DNA of 64,000 bases, from positions 41,664,001 to 41,728,000 of the forward strand of contig OZ024745.1 in the NCBI GenBank assembly GCA_964016885.1, read 5' to 3'. The notes under the pieces are model-generated. The model was given only the letters and a program-made list of their open reading frames with translations, was not told the origin of the DNA and did not search any database. This DNA comes from Eledone cirrhosa. Lineage: Eukaryota. The position numbers and the translations under genes were made by a program. Position 1 is the first letter of the stretch. Every line of letters begins with the position of its first letter. Positions 63,336 through 64,000 of the stretch are shown piece after piece.

Positions 63336-63505
63336 GACCTCTTCAGGCAGTCCGAATTGGTGTGGGAAAGATAGGTACACATGTTCATATGTTTCCAGTT
63401 CCTCAGAGGAATAACAACACTACCAGGAGCTAGACATATCGATGGGTTGACGTAGTAAAACACACTTCAACAACATGTGTTCCTGTCTTTCCCACACCAA
63501 TTCGG

Positions 63506-63560
63506 ACTGCCTGAAGAGGTCACAGCCAATGATGGCTGTCACCGAAATATATATAGCAAT
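63506..63560 (+). ncRNA. Type I hammerhead ribozyme (different family)
   Basis: ACUGC-CUGAAGA-GGU c ACAGCCA AUGA UGGCUGU c ACC-GAA-AUAUAUAU-A-GCAAU: long stem II, palindromic stem III, AUA triplet, AATAAA about 15 nt downstream. Confidence 0.7.
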
Positions 63561-63615
63561 ATATCTATAACTTATAATAAACAAAGCCAAATTTTACATA
63601 TTTGACTTAATTATT

Positions 63616-63779
<164 letters not shown>

Positions 63780-64000
63780 TGTTATGCTTTGGGAGGGTCA
63801 TGTTGTCAATAAGAAACACACGCACCAGTTGCTTTCACTCCAATTTATTATAAATTAAATTTATAAATTTAAGAATTTATAATTTATAAATTTCCGGTTG
63901 GTTGGTTGGTTCCATAACCGGACAGTTGTTCATATATTGTCAAAGTTCTTTCGTCACACATTCTGTGACTGGGGATTCTTTCTATTTTTTGTGCCTCTCC

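Overview
Eukaryotic, AT-rich, repeat- and microsatellite-dense genomic window. The SINE/RTE/(TA)n landscape suggests an octopus or other cephalopod (inference). Three protein-coding genes are readable: (1) a complete 10-coding-exon SepSecS (O-phosphoseryl-tRNA(Sec) selenium transferase, 480 aa) on + at 1932-14213; (2) a complete 4-exon mitochondrial ribosomal protein S26 (220 aa) on - at 22702-14699, convergent with SepSecS; (3) the last coding exon of an Lmx1-type LIM-homeobox gene on - at 62373-62174. The rest is tRNA-derived SINEs (one young family with clean TSDs), RTE, CR1/Jockey-like and CRE-like LINE fragments, hAT and Tc1/mariner MITEs, minisatellites and a 5'-truncated Neptune-like Penelope retroelement (RT + GIY-YIG). 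The most striking signal lies between about 24 and 64 kb: short non-coding elements sit in or next to (TA)n tracts, are built as fold-back hairpins or direct repeats, and carry type I hammerhead ribozyme folds from several unrelated sequence families. Five folds keep all core nucleotides and helices (29899-29941, 43411-43476, 43676-43741, 63285-63335, 63506-63560) and several more are degenerate or half copies. All folds were read by eye; none is tested.
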